A stretch of 64,000 bases of DNA from Hyaloraphidium curvatum SAG 235-1 (Eukaryota > Fungi > Monoblepharomycota), in the NCBI GenBank assembly GCA_025558095.1, contig JAIVFI010000003.1, positions 620,001 through 684,000 on the forward strand, written 5' to 3'. Position 1 is the stretch's first letter. The number at the start of each line of letters is the position of its first letter. The translations under genes were made by a program, and so were the position numbers. Under the pieces are notes generated by a model. It saw only the letters and a program-made list of their open reading frames with translations. It was not told the origin of the DNA and did no database searches. Shown one piece after another: positions 48,941 to 60,709 of the stretch.

Positions 48941-50182
48941 ATGGCCTCTGCACGCTTCGTCGCGCTCCTGGACGACAGCTCCTACTCGCCGGCAATGCCG
49001 AAACTGGAAAGGGCGGCCCCTCCCAGAGGTCTCCGTGCCCTGCCGCGCCGCAAGAGTGTGTCGTCGACAAACCTTGAGCTCCACTGGGAGCGCCCGCCTT
49101 CGGCCAAGGTGCTTGATGCTCGGACTCTCCTGTGCAGCCAGTGCGGAGACGGTCCAGCTGTCGAGCAGAGCTCAACCGCCACGCTCATCGCCGATGCGGC
49201 AACGCGCAGACGGAGCCGGAGTTTGAACGTCTTGGCAGAAAAGAGCCACGACTGGGCGGATGCAGCCACTACCCCATGCGTAGCGCCGGACAAAAGTCCT
49301 GCTCAACGGAGCTCTCTGTGGAGGCGGGTAGTCGACACCATCAAGTGGATCTGGGCCAAGCGACGGCTCTACACATACGAAGAGCTCCCACCCTGGTTGA
49401 GGGCGGCCACACATCCCTACATCAGGTCTGGCTACCAGGCGAATCTGTCCGGCTACGCCGAAGCATGGGCCATGCTCTTGCAACTACACAACGAGACCGT
49501 GAACGTCTTGAGCCATTTGCTGGGCGGGCTCTTTGTGTTCCTGCCCCTCGCGGTGCGATGCTTTGTCCGACTGCACCCGGCAGCTCGGCTGTCGGACAAG
49601 ATCGCGTTTGGCTCCTACTGCTTGCTTGCGACCAAGACTCTTGTTTCCAGCGCCTTGTTCCACGCGCATTTCCACTTATCCCCGAAAGCGTACCGCACCT
49701 GGTGCGCGCTGGACACGGTCGGCATTTCGGCGCTGACGTGCGGATCGGGAGTTCTCTTGGCGCAGTACATTTTCCACGACAGCCGGCTGCGCCTAGCTTG
49801 GGTAACAGCAGTGGTCCTGGCCAACGCCGCCGGGGTGATCGGCCCGCTCTTCAGCTTCTGGACCGCTCCCCACTTTCGCAAGGCACGGGTCGCCGTGTAC
49901 AGCTCCGCTGCTGCCCTGTCGGTGCTGCCTATTCTGTACGTAATGGCGACAGGTGCGCCCCCGGGGTGGCCATCCGAGGCCACGAGATGGATCGCCGGCT
50001 CCTTTGCCTCCTACGCATGCGGAGCAACCATCTACCTCTTGAGGATTCCGGAATGTCTCTTGCCGGGGCGGTTCGACTGCCTGGGAAACTCGCACCAGAT
50101 TTGGCACATCCTGGTGCTTTGCGGAGCCCTTTGTCTCTTCCGCGGGGGTTACGAGCTCATGCGATACCGGCTGGAGGCTTGA
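48941..50182 (+). CDS. PAQR / adiponectin-receptor (Izh, haemolysin-III-related) membrane protein, intronless
   Basis: ELPPW..YIRSGY, HNETVNVLSH, SALFH, LDTVGIS, RIPECLLPGRFDCLGNSHQIWHILV, and multiple TM helices. Confidence 0.94.
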   Translation: MASARFVALLDDSSYSPAMPKLERAAPPRGLRALPRRKSVSSTNLELHWERPPSAKVLDARTLLCSQCGDGPAVEQSSTATLIADAATRRRSRSLNVLAEKSHDWADAATTPCVAPDKSPAQRSSLWRRVVDTIKWIWAKRRLYTYEELPPWLRAATHPYIRSGYQANLSGYAEAWAMLLQLHNETVNVLSHLLGGLFVFLPLAVRCFVRLHPAARLSDKIAFGSYCLLATKTLVSSALFHAHFHLSPKAYRTWCALDTVGISALTCGSGVLLAQYIFHDSRLRLAWVTAVVLANAAGVIGPLFSFWTAPHFRKARVAVYSSAAALSVLPILYVMATGAPPGWPSEATRWIAGSFASYACGATIYLLRIPECLLPGRFDCLGNSHQIWHILVLCGALCLFRGGYELMRYRLEA

Positions 50183-50271
50183 CCGGGTGATCCAAACGGC
50201 ATTGGGCCCACAGGATGCCGGGCGCCGCATGTGCGCCGATGAAATAGAAGTCACAGTGACGAAAACTGAGG

Positions 50272-50985
50272 TCATTTGGCCGCCGCCATGGCGCCTCGCA
50301 GGATCACGCCGAGATCCTTTTCCGCAGTGCTGAGAAGGCAGCTCTTGTCTCCGAGCGAGATGATGCGGGCCTTGACAACGTCACCCAGCGAGTACGTCGC
50401 GTGGAGCTGCACCCTGTCCTTATCCGTTGCCCTGACATCCTGCTGCCTGGAGCGGCAGGGCTATGAGCCCCGACGGAAGCTCTAGCCGTAAACCGTAGCC
50501 ACCTTATGATGCCCTCAAAGTCCTCCCGCACTGTTGTCCCCGTAACCTCGACAATGCGCAGAGTCGCGAACTTTGGGTTGATCCGGATCACTTCCCCAAC
50601 GACGCTAGGTTTCGGAGGCGGATTGAATGAGCACGACCAGCTCAGAGCTCCAGAGAGATGTCGTTCCTCACATGAGGTCCACCATGGGGCACAGGGGTGC
50701 AGGCTTGGTTGACACGACCTCCACCGTCTGTCCGAGACTTAGTCAACGCATGGCAGGAAACGCAAAACTGGGACTGCCCACGGATTTTCCTTTTGAATCC
50801 AGAGTTCTCGTCAGTCCGATTGTTGACGCGTGCACGGACCCGTCGCGCTCGTACGCGCCTCGCCCGGGGCCAAGCTCCTCCGCAGAGCCGAGAAGCTGCC
50901 CCGGAATCACGAGCTCCTATGATAATTGAATGCTTCAGACGACATTGTTGGCTCACGAGAGGTGAGAACACGATCTCACCTCCAT
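50272..50985 (-). CDS. CSL4: Exosome complex component Csl4 (spliced; C-terminus appears truncated or frameshifted)
   Basis: ME|ELVIPGQLLG..GPGRGAYERDGSVHAS; S1 domain VIRINPKFATLRI..EDFEGIIR|QQDVRATDKD..GDVVKARIISLGD..LSTAEKDLGVI. Confidence 0.9.
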
Positions 50986-51073
50986 TCGCGTGTAGGTTGT
51001 TTGGAGTTGTTTGTTTCGTCGCGCTGCTACCAAGGCATCTCCACTTCCTCTTGCCCCTCCTGGGCGCGTGAAA

Positions 51074-52436
<1,363 letters not shown>

Positions 52437-52573
52437 TCATTCATTCAAAATATAGTCTGCTTTCTCGCACTTGGGCCCGGGGAAGGGGGGAAGGAAGGAG
52501 GGAAGGACGTGTTGCCCCAAAGCCTCCCCAAACCTTCACCACCTTCCGTGGAAGAGCGGGCCAACCCGAGACC

Positions 52574-55500
52574 ATGGACGATGACGAGTTCGCCGACCTG
52601 CTGGCGCGGCCGCCCGCGGCGCCGGCGGCCATGGGCCTCCTGAGCAATCCCTGGGGCGGCGGCGATGCGCTCGAGGCGAACCCGTTCGCGGACCTCTCCG
52701 CTCCGTCGCCGTTTGCGGGCCCGCCGTCGCCGCTGCGTGCTTCCGCCGCCGTCGACCTGCCGAGCTCGCCGGACGCGCCTGCATTCGCGTTCGGGGCGGT
52801 TGCCGCGCCGCCGTCGCCCGGGGTTGCGGCCCCCAGCCCGCCGGCGGGCTCGCCCCCGCTGGGGTTGGCGGACGGAGCTCCGGCGCCCTTGATGCCGGTA
52901 GAGGACGAACAAGAGGAGAAACCCCTGCGCCAGATGATGCCCAAGGCCAAAGCGCCGAGGCCTGCAGCGGCAAAGGGACAGATAGTCGCCAAGGCTCCTC
53001 CGTCCCCGACGCCAGCAGCCCCGGCGCAGGCACCGGTCGAGGAGGCTCCCGAATCCGCGAAAGAGGCGCAAGAAAGCGTTGAACCGGCGGCAGTGGCCGA
53101 GGAACGCGTTCCTCCCGCGGAGGATTTCGCTATCCCGTCAACCAGTGCGGGACCCGTCGACGCGGAGACTCCAACGGACAAGGAGAATGAGACGAAGGGT
53201 TCTGAAGCGAGTGTGCAAGACGCGCGAGAGGCCCCTGCCGCCAAGTTGGACTCCGCTGGCGAACAACTCGGATCACGCCCGGAGGCCGAACAGCGGAGCA
53301 CCACCCCGGACCACGCACTTCGTCCCGGATCCTCGGAACCTGCCGAAGCGGGCACAGCAAACGGCTTCGCGTCTTCCGCCAAGGAAGTCGTAACCGTTTC
53401 GGATGCTTTGCCAGCGGCGGAGCCGACCGGTGCCGATGTTGCTGCTGAAGCTGAGGAAGCCCCAAAACCCGCTCCTGCTGATGTGGAGGAGAGTATGAGC
53501 CCCGCACACAAGACGGGGAACGTTGTCTCGGTAAACGGTTCCGTCTCGGAGGCTACCAGCTCGGAGAAGACCTCTACTTCCGCGGAGAAGCCCCAAGAGG
53601 ACGCTTCGAAAAGCGAACCGCAGCAGATCCCTGCAAATGCAACCCAGCCTGCTGCCGTGAAACCGGCAACGGGCTTCAGGAAGGCAGCGAGCGTCGCCCC
53701 GGGGCTTGGTTCGCAATCCGCAGCTCCAGCTTTTCGAAGCCAACCTTCCATTTCCGTGGCCACTCCAAAGGTGTTTGATCCATTGGGAGCCAACAATGCG
53801 GAAGCTCCGCCTTCCAAGCCGACCCCCTTGTCTTCAAATGGCGTCGCCCCTGCTGCCGCCAATCCCCTTGGAACGGCGCCAGCGACGTCCGCGCCACGAG
53901 TTGTGCCGCCTGGCCTTGGGAAGCCAACAACAGCCGTGGCAAAGCAGCCGGCACCGACTGCATTGGACCGAAAACAGCCCCTCATTCCTGCAAGCGCTTT
54001 CGGCAATGTTGCCAATCCCCTCGCTCCCGCTCGACCGAGCGTCTCTGGCCAAAATGAAGCGCCAGCGCCAGAACCGCCAGGGGCTCCCAAACCGGCTGTG
54101 CCAACTCCTCCGGTGACAGCGAGTCCCGTTCCGGAACCACCGGCGGCTGCGAAAGCTGCTCAGGTCGCCGCAGTCGCTCCTGATCCTGCTCCGAGCGATC
54201 CCTTGGCCGCGAGTGCCCCACAAGAGGCGCCCGAGAAAGTCGCGGTGGCGCCAATCTTTCCGACGCCTGCCCAAGAACCCGTCGCTTCTCGTGCGACCGC
54301 GGCGCAGTCTACGGTAGGTTTACCTCCTCAACCTCACGATCCCAGGGGATCGTATCTCATGAGCGCTTCAGACTTCCTCATCCCCAACAGCCGTCGCAGT
54401 CGAAGCTCCCAAGCCCCTCCTCGTGCTGCCGAAATTCGAAATCTCCGTCGGGGAGCCGTCGAGGGTCGGTGGACTCGATGCCCACACCAGCTACCGCATA
54501 CGGACAAAGGTTGGTGCCGATCGAGTTCCGCCAGATTGGCAGCTGACGAGGCCATGCAGACCACCTCTCCAAAGTTCCGCAACCCGGAGGTCAGCGTCAA
54601 TCGGCGGTACAGGGACTTTCTGTGGCTCTTCAATCAGCTCAGCATCGGACACCCCGGGGTCATAATCCCGCCTCTTCCGGAAAAGCAGACTATGGGCCGT
54701 TTCCAAGAGGAGTTTGTCGAATCGCGCCGGGTGGGCCTCGAGCGCTTCCTGCAGAAGATCACGTCCCACCCCATGCTCTTCGACGACGCCGACGTTAAAG
54801 TCTTTCTGGAATCCGAGACCTTCTCCGCCGATTCCAGCATGCTGACAAAGAGGGACCCGTCGAAGGCTACCGGAGGGATCCTAGGAGCCTTCAGCATGTC
54901 CAACGTTACTCAGTTCCGAGCCACGCCCGATCGCGACGATTTCCTCGATACCCGCAAGATGGAGATCGACAAGTTCGAAGCGCAGCTCAAGCAGCTCATG
55001 AAGGGGGTGGAAGCGATAGTGAAGCAACGCAAAGGTAGGCTGGCTCGGGCGCTTTCGTGGCAAAGGATTGCACCCAACGATTGCGACCGACAGAGCTCGG
55101 CGCCGCGACCAGCGAGTTCGGAGATGCCCTGCTTGCGCTGAGTGGCGCAGAGAGTGACCAGGCGCTATCGACGAAGCTGAAGAATCTGGGCAACGTGTCG
55201 CGCCGCATCAAGGATCTGCACGACAAGCAGGCCCAGAATGACGTTTCTTCCCTGGCGTACATGGTGGAAGAGTATATTCGGTTCTGCGGTGCCGTCGAAA
55301 TGGCGTATCAGTCTCGCACGCGGTACTGGAACCTGGTCAAGAACGCCGAAGGAAACGTGATGAACAAACGCCTTGCCCTGGACAAGGCTCGCGCCGCCGG
55401 GAAGAAGGGGGACAAGCTAACGTCCATCCAGACCGAGATCGACGAGGTTAGTTGCTCGGATCGGTTCATTCCGTGTGTTTTGACCGGAGTGGGTTGCAGG

Positions 55501-55763
55501 CCGAGGTCGCGCTCAAGCAAGCACAGAAAGAATTCGCCGAGGTGTCGGCCAAGCTGCGACAAGAACTCGAGAGATTCGACAGGGAACGGGTGGTTGATCT
55601 AGCAAAGTCGCTGCAGGAGTTCCTGGAGTCGCTCCTCTTCACACAGAAGGAGGTGGGCCCTCGCTCGAGCGGGCTAAACGCAGCCACTAACTCTGCCCAA
55701 AGATTGTGGTGACCTGGGAGAGCTACTACGCGGAAACTCGGCAACCGTGAAACCGTGGAATAA
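52574..55763 (+). CDS. VPS5: Retromer PX-BAR sorting nexin Vps5/SNX1-2 with a long disordered N-terminus (spliced)
   Basis: PX domain FEISVGEP..AHTSYRIRT|..VNRRYRDFLWL..HPGVIIPPLPEKQTMGRFQEEFVESRRVGLERFL, followed by a BAR domain ending ELERFDRER. Confidence 0.92.
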
Positions 55764-55781
55764 ACCTTTGTCATTAAGCTA

Positions 55782-58700
55782 TCAATCATCTTCGGACGCC
55801 TCGTCTTCAGACCCCAGGGAAACCTTCTGCTTCTTCCGGCCCCCGATCGTGGCGCCAGCTCCGTCGGCACCATCGCCTCCGACAAAATGCTTCTTTGTCT
55901 TTTGACGAAGAGCCTCGATCGAAGCGTCCTCCTCGGCCCATTCGATCACCATGTGGCGCCCGTAAAGGTGGGTACTGCTCAGGGCCTCGAAAGCATTCTT
56001 GGCCTCCTGCTTCGTCAGGAAGTCGACGAAAGCAAACCCGCGGTGCTGACCGCCGGCGAGCTGCGACTTTTTCGGGAGCCGCACCGATTTCAGCTGGCCG
56101 AACGAGGCAAAGAGCTGCTGGATGTCCTTCTTGGTGGCCTCGAAGGGGATATTGCGGACCAGAAGCTTGGTGCCCTTGGCCTCAATCGGACCGTTCTGGT
56201 TCTTGCGACCCTTGGACGACGCGCCGGCATCCGCAGACGTGCCCCGGTTCGACAACTTCAACTGCAGCGCGTGCCCGTCGAGGACGAAGCCTTGCAGAGC
56301 CTTGAGCGCCTGCAGAGCGTCCTCGCGGCGGTTGAACTCGACGAATCCAAAGCCCATGGACAGCTTGCCACCCTTGTTCTTCGGATCCGGTTTGGTCGCG
56401 ATGGTGACACTGCGGAGCCCGCCAATCGCTTCAAAGGCCTTGCGCATGCCGTCTTCCGTGGTGTTGAAGTTCAGGTTCTTGACAAACAGGGTCGAAAGAG
56501 CGGGCGTTTCCGCAGCCCCCGCGTCAGCGTTGCCTGCCTCGGCCTCGGCCTCGGCGGGAACCGGTCCTTTCCCCGCCGCAGCGGGCTTCCGTTTCGGCGC
56601 GCCGGGCACGTACTCGCTCGTAAAGACGCCGACGGGGGCCCACTCCAAGTACAGCGGGAGGTGCTTGAACTTGGAGAAAGCTAGGTGCCGGAAAGCCGCC
56701 TTGGCCTCGTTTGGCTCCAGGAACTCGACCACGGCGATCGTCTTCGCCGGCGGCAGCACTATCCGGCCGAGCGTCCCGAACTTGCCGAAAGCATCCGCGA
56801 GCTCCTCCTCAACCGTGCTAAACGGTATGTTTTTGACGAGGACGACGGTGTTGCTCCGCTCCTTCCGCATGTTGGTCTCGAAACTGTCCAGGCTGATGCC
56901 CTCCTCCTCGAGGAATGACTTGGTCTCGCCGACGACGTGCGTCTCGGCCAGCGCCAACCGCACGGCGAGGTTCTCCGACGAGGGATCGAGGATCTCGGCC
57001 TTGGAAACGTTGAGCCTCTTGGCCATGGCTTCCACGACCGCGTCCGAGTTCATGAAAAGGCTGTTCCAGAACGCCTCGCCGCTCTTTGCCGTCTCCTTCC
57101 GCTTGGCGGCCAGCTTCTTCTTGTAGGAAGACTTTTCGCGCTCCACCTCGGCATCCTTGGGCTGCGGCTTCTCCTGACCGGCAAGCACCTCGAGGATCCT
57201 CCCCTGGAAAATCGAGCCATGCAGCGCCACCATGGCCTTGACGGCGTGTTCGGGTATCAGGAATAGGACGAACGCGAACCCTTTGGGCTGCTTGGTGTCC
57301 TTGGCGATGGGTATGTGGATCTCCGAGAGCGGGCCGAACTTGCCAAACAGGCCTTTGAGGTCCTCCTCGGTGCACGAATACGTCAGGTTCCTCACAAACA
57401 GCCGGCCCGTGTCGGCGACAATGTCCGCCGGGGACTGGTGCTGCTGCTGCGCGGCAGGCTGGGCGCTGCCCGGCCGCTCTGTCCGGTCCGGCGGTGCGGC
57501 GGGGGAAGAAGGCTCGCCCCGCTCCTCCATAGCTTCGTCGCCGTCGCCAGCGGGCACCATCCCCGAGCGCCTCTGGTGGACGGCATCGAGCTCGTCCTCG
57601 GACTCCTCCTGCCCGTTGCTGGCTTCGTCACCGTCCGCCGAACCCTCCTCGTCATCGTCGGCGTCCAACCGTTGCTTCATCCGCGACCGCAGGTAGTCCA
57701 TGTCCGAAACTGCCGGATTTCGCGCAACGTCGTCGGCGTCGCCGGCTTCTTCGCCGTCCGACTCCCGGTCCTCCATGCCTTCGGGATCCGACTCTCCCGC
57801 GTCGCCGTCGGGTGCCCCAGATCCAGTCATATCCTGGTACTCCTCATCGTCCTCGCCCTCCGAGTCGTCGTCAAAGGTGACGTGCGACTTCGTCACCAGC
57901 AGGCCCTCTCCGCCCGGCTTCTTGTTGGCCACGGCCACCACCTCGGCCCGAGACTTGCCCGCGGGCCCCGGCCGGCGCCCCCCCTTGGCCTGGGCAACCG
58001 CCTGGTCCTCGTTCGCGGCCGCCTGGTCGTTTGCCCAAGTCCGCGACTGCGACCGCGGCTGCATGACCTCAAAAAACTCGTCCAGTTTCTCCCGGTCCTT
58101 GGCCAGCTTCGCCGCGGCGTCCTCGCCGTAGAGCTCCGCCATGATCCGCAGCTTCCTATCCAGCTCCCTGCGCACCTCCTCGCGGTTCTCCTTCTTCTTG
58201 TCCTCGGACGCGGCCGCGGGCGCGGCGGGCTGCGCGCCGGCCTGGCGCTTCTGGAAGCCCGAGGAGCCCTGCGAGTACTTTGACCACGGGCGGGGGATGG
58301 AGCCGTCGCCGATGGGGCGCGCGAGCTCGACGGCGATCTTGGACGTGTCGATGTACGTGTTGTTGAAGTACTTGGCCGCCGCCTTGGCCTCCTTTTCGGT
58401 CTTGTAGCCGATGTAGCCGAAGCGCCGGAAGGTGCCGTCGCTGGGCGGGCGGGCGGGGGTTAGGCCCTGCGGGGACCGGCGGGCGCCTGCGACCCACGGC
58501 AGGCGGGCGAACTTGACGTCCGTGATCTCGCCGTGGGAGGAGAAGATCTCGCGGAACCGCTGCGGGGTCATGTGCTTTGGCAGGTTCTTGACGATGATGC
58601 GCGAGGAGACGGTGGGCGCCTCGGCCTGAGGCAGCTTCGCCGACGGCTTCGGCTCCTCTGCGGGGCCCACGGGCGCCTCGATCGAGACGCCGAGCGACTT

Positions 58701-58853
58701 CAGACGGGGGTCCAGCGTGGCCTGCTTGAAGACGGCGGCGGTGAGCCGCTTCAGGCCGCGGGCCGTGCCGACCGCCGGGCGCCGTCCACGGGCCGCTCCG
58801 CCACGGCCTCCCGCGTGGCCCGCGTGGCCCTTCTGCCCCTTGGGCGGCGCCAT
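55782..58853 (-). CDS. MRD1: Multiple-RRM ribosome biogenesis factor Mrd1/RBM19
   Basis: SRIIVKNLP, RRFGYIGY, TGRLFVRNL, WNSLFMNSDAV, AVRLALAETH, PLYLEWAP, TLFVKNLNF, LSMGFGFVEF, KLLVRNIPFEAT and STHLYGRH. Confidence 0.96.
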   Translation of the reverse strand: MAPPKGQKGHAGHAGGRGGAARGRRPAVGTARGLKRLTAAVFKQATLDPRLKSLGVSIEAPVGPAEEPKPSAKLPQAEAPTVSSRIIVKNLPKHMTPQRFREIFSSHGEITDVKFARLPWVAGARRSPQGLTPARPPSDGTFRRFGYIGYKTEKEAKAAAKYFNNTYIDTSKIAVELARPIGDGSIPRPWSKYSQGSSGFQKRQAGAQPAAPAAASEDKKKENREEVRRELDRKLRIMAELYGEDAAAKLAKDREKLDEFFEVMQPRSQSRTWANDQAAANEDQAVAQAKGGRRPGPAGKSRAEVVAVANKKPGGEGLLVTKSHVTFDDDSEGEDDEEYQDMTGSGAPDGDAGESDPEGMEDRESDGEEAGDADDVARNPAVSDMDYLRSRMKQRLDADDDEEGSADGDEASNGQEESEDELDAVHQRRSGMVPAGDGDEAMEERGEPSSPAAPPDRTERPGSAQPAAQQQHQSPADIVADTGRLFVRNLTYSCTEEDLKGLFGKFGPLSEIHIPIAKDTKQPKGFAFVLFLIPEHAVKAMVALHGSIFQGRILEVLAGQEKPQPKDAEVEREKSSYKKKLAAKRKETAKSGEAFWNSLFMNSDAVVEAMAKRLNVSKAEILDPSSENLAVRLALAETHVVGETKSFLEEEGISLDSFETNMRKERSNTVVLVKNIPFSTVEEELADAFGKFGTLGRIVLPPAKTIAVVEFLEPNEAKAAFRHLAFSKFKHLPLYLEWAPVGVFTSEYVPGAPKRKPAAAGKGPVPAEAEAEAGNADAGAAETPALSTLFVKNLNFNTTEDGMRKAFEAIGGLRSVTIATKPDPKNKGGKLSMGFGFVEFNRREDALQALKALQGFVLDGHALQLKLSNRGTSADAGASSKGRKNQNGPIEAKGTKLLVRNIPFEATKKDIQQLFASFGQLKSVRLPKKSQLAGGQHRGFAFVDFLTKQEAKNAFEALSSTHLYGRHMVIEWAEEDASIEALRQKTKKHFVGGDGADGAGATIGGRKKQKVSLGSEDEASEDD

Positions 58854-58949
58854 GGGGCACCAGGAGGGGGCGGGGCGGTCGGTTCACTATTTGGATGTTT
58901 GGGACCCGTCTCAAAGCCAGCTCGGGGTGGTACCTCTGACTGGTTCAGG

Positions 58950-60553
58950 ATGGCCGACGCTCTCACGCGATGGATCGCGTTCCTCGGCGCGACGGGCGGC
59001 GCGCGGCTCGCGACGCTGGCGACGGCGCTGCTCGGCGGGTTCGTGCGCGCGGCGACCGCGCTCGGCCCGCACTCGGGGCAGGCCGCGCCGCCCATGTTCG
59101 GCGACTTCGAGGCGCAGCGCCACTGGATGGAGCTCACGCTGCACCTGCCGCCCGCGCGCTGGTACTTCTACGACCTGGGCTACTGGGGCCTGGACTACCC
59201 GCCGCTGACGGCCTACGTGAGCTGGCTCTGCGGCGCGATCGCGCACCGCATCGACCCCGCCTTCGTGGCGCTGGACGCCTCGCGCGGCGCAGAGGGCTAC
59301 GGCCTCAAACTGTTCATGCGCTGGACCGTCGCGGTCAGCGAGCTGCTCGTGTACCTGCCCGCGGTCTACTGGTTCTGCCGGACGTGGGCGCCCGCGTGGC
59401 GCGACCGCCAGCTGCTCTTTGCCCTGGTGTACCTGCAGCCGGCCCTGATCCTGATCGACCACGGCCACTTCCAGTACAACGCGGTCATGCTGGGCCTCGC
59501 CGTCGCCGCGTTCGCGCTCTTTTGCCGGAGGCGCTACCTCCTGGGGAGCGCGTGCTTCGTGCTCTCGCTCATGTTCAAGCAGATGGCGCTGTACTACTCG
59601 CTGCCCGTCTTTGTCTTTCTCCTGGCAAAGTGCTTCGACCCCAAGGAGGGGGGGTTCAAGCTGTTTGTGCAGCTCGGCCTGACGGTCGTCGCCACGTTTG
59701 CCCTCGTCCTGCTGCCGTTCCTCCGCGACCCGGCGCAGCTCATGCAGATCGTCCACCGGCTGTTCCCGGTCGCGCGCGGGCTGTACGAGGACAAGGTTGC
59801 CAACGTGTGGTGCGCACTGAGCGTAGTCGTCAAGCTCCGCGACTTTTTCAGCCAGGGCTCGCTTGCCATCCTAAGGTGGGCGCCACAACCCTGCGCTTGG
59901 CGCCGAATCTCACCGCCTCGCTTGGTCTCAGCATCGGGGCAACCCTCCTCGCAGCCCTGCCTTCCCTCGTCGACCTGTTCCTGCGGCCCTCCAGTGTCCG
60001 CCTCCTCTACTCCCTCGTCTGCGTCTCCCTCTCCTTCTTCCTCTTCTCCTTCCAGGTGCACGAAAAGACCATACTCGTGCCGCTCCTCCCCATTTCCCTG
60101 CTCGCGCTCGACGAGCCCGCCGCTTTCGGTTGGATGGTCAACACTGCGTGCTTCAGCATGTTCCACACCCTCCTCAAGAAGGACGGGCTCACGCTGCAGT
60201 ACTGCGTGCTCATGCTCTTCTGGAACTGGGCCAACTCGTCGCACCTCCGGTCCCTGCTGGACGGGAGCGCGCGATCGCTCCTAATCGGGGTGAGGTGTTC
60301 GGGCCTGTCCCGCGGACCGCCGCTCAACCGTTGCTTCCGCCAGGCGTCCTACGTCGCCATGCTCGCCGTCCATGCGATCGACCTCTTTATGCTGCCGCCG
60401 GCGAGGCTGCCGGACCTGTTTGTGGTGATGAACGTGCTGGTCTCGGCCAGCGTCTTTGTCGCGGTGTGGGGCTACTTTACTTACGCGCAATGGAAGCTGC
60501 CGGTTGGGCCGCCGGAAGTAAACGGGAACCCAAAAAAGGCGAAGGCGCCGTAG
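58950..60553 (+). CDS. ALG6: Dolichyl-P-Glc:Man9GlcNAc2-PP-Dol alpha-1,3-glucosyltransferase (spliced)
   Basis: PPMFGDFEAQRHWMELT, YWGLDYPPLTAY, LIDHGHFQYN, FKQMALYY, RLFPVARGLYEDKVANVWC and FFLFSFQVHEKTIL. Confidence 0.97.
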
Positions 60554-60709
60554 GCGGGTCGAGTGGGTCGAGTATAGAAACCTGCTGGAATGCCACGGAG
60601 CCACGGAGGTGATGGGAACCCGCCAAAGCCCGCGGCCGCTCACGGCGGGTCCCCGACTTCCCCCCGAATTAGACCGACGCAGGCGGCTGCATTCCGGCGG
60701 CACGCGACC

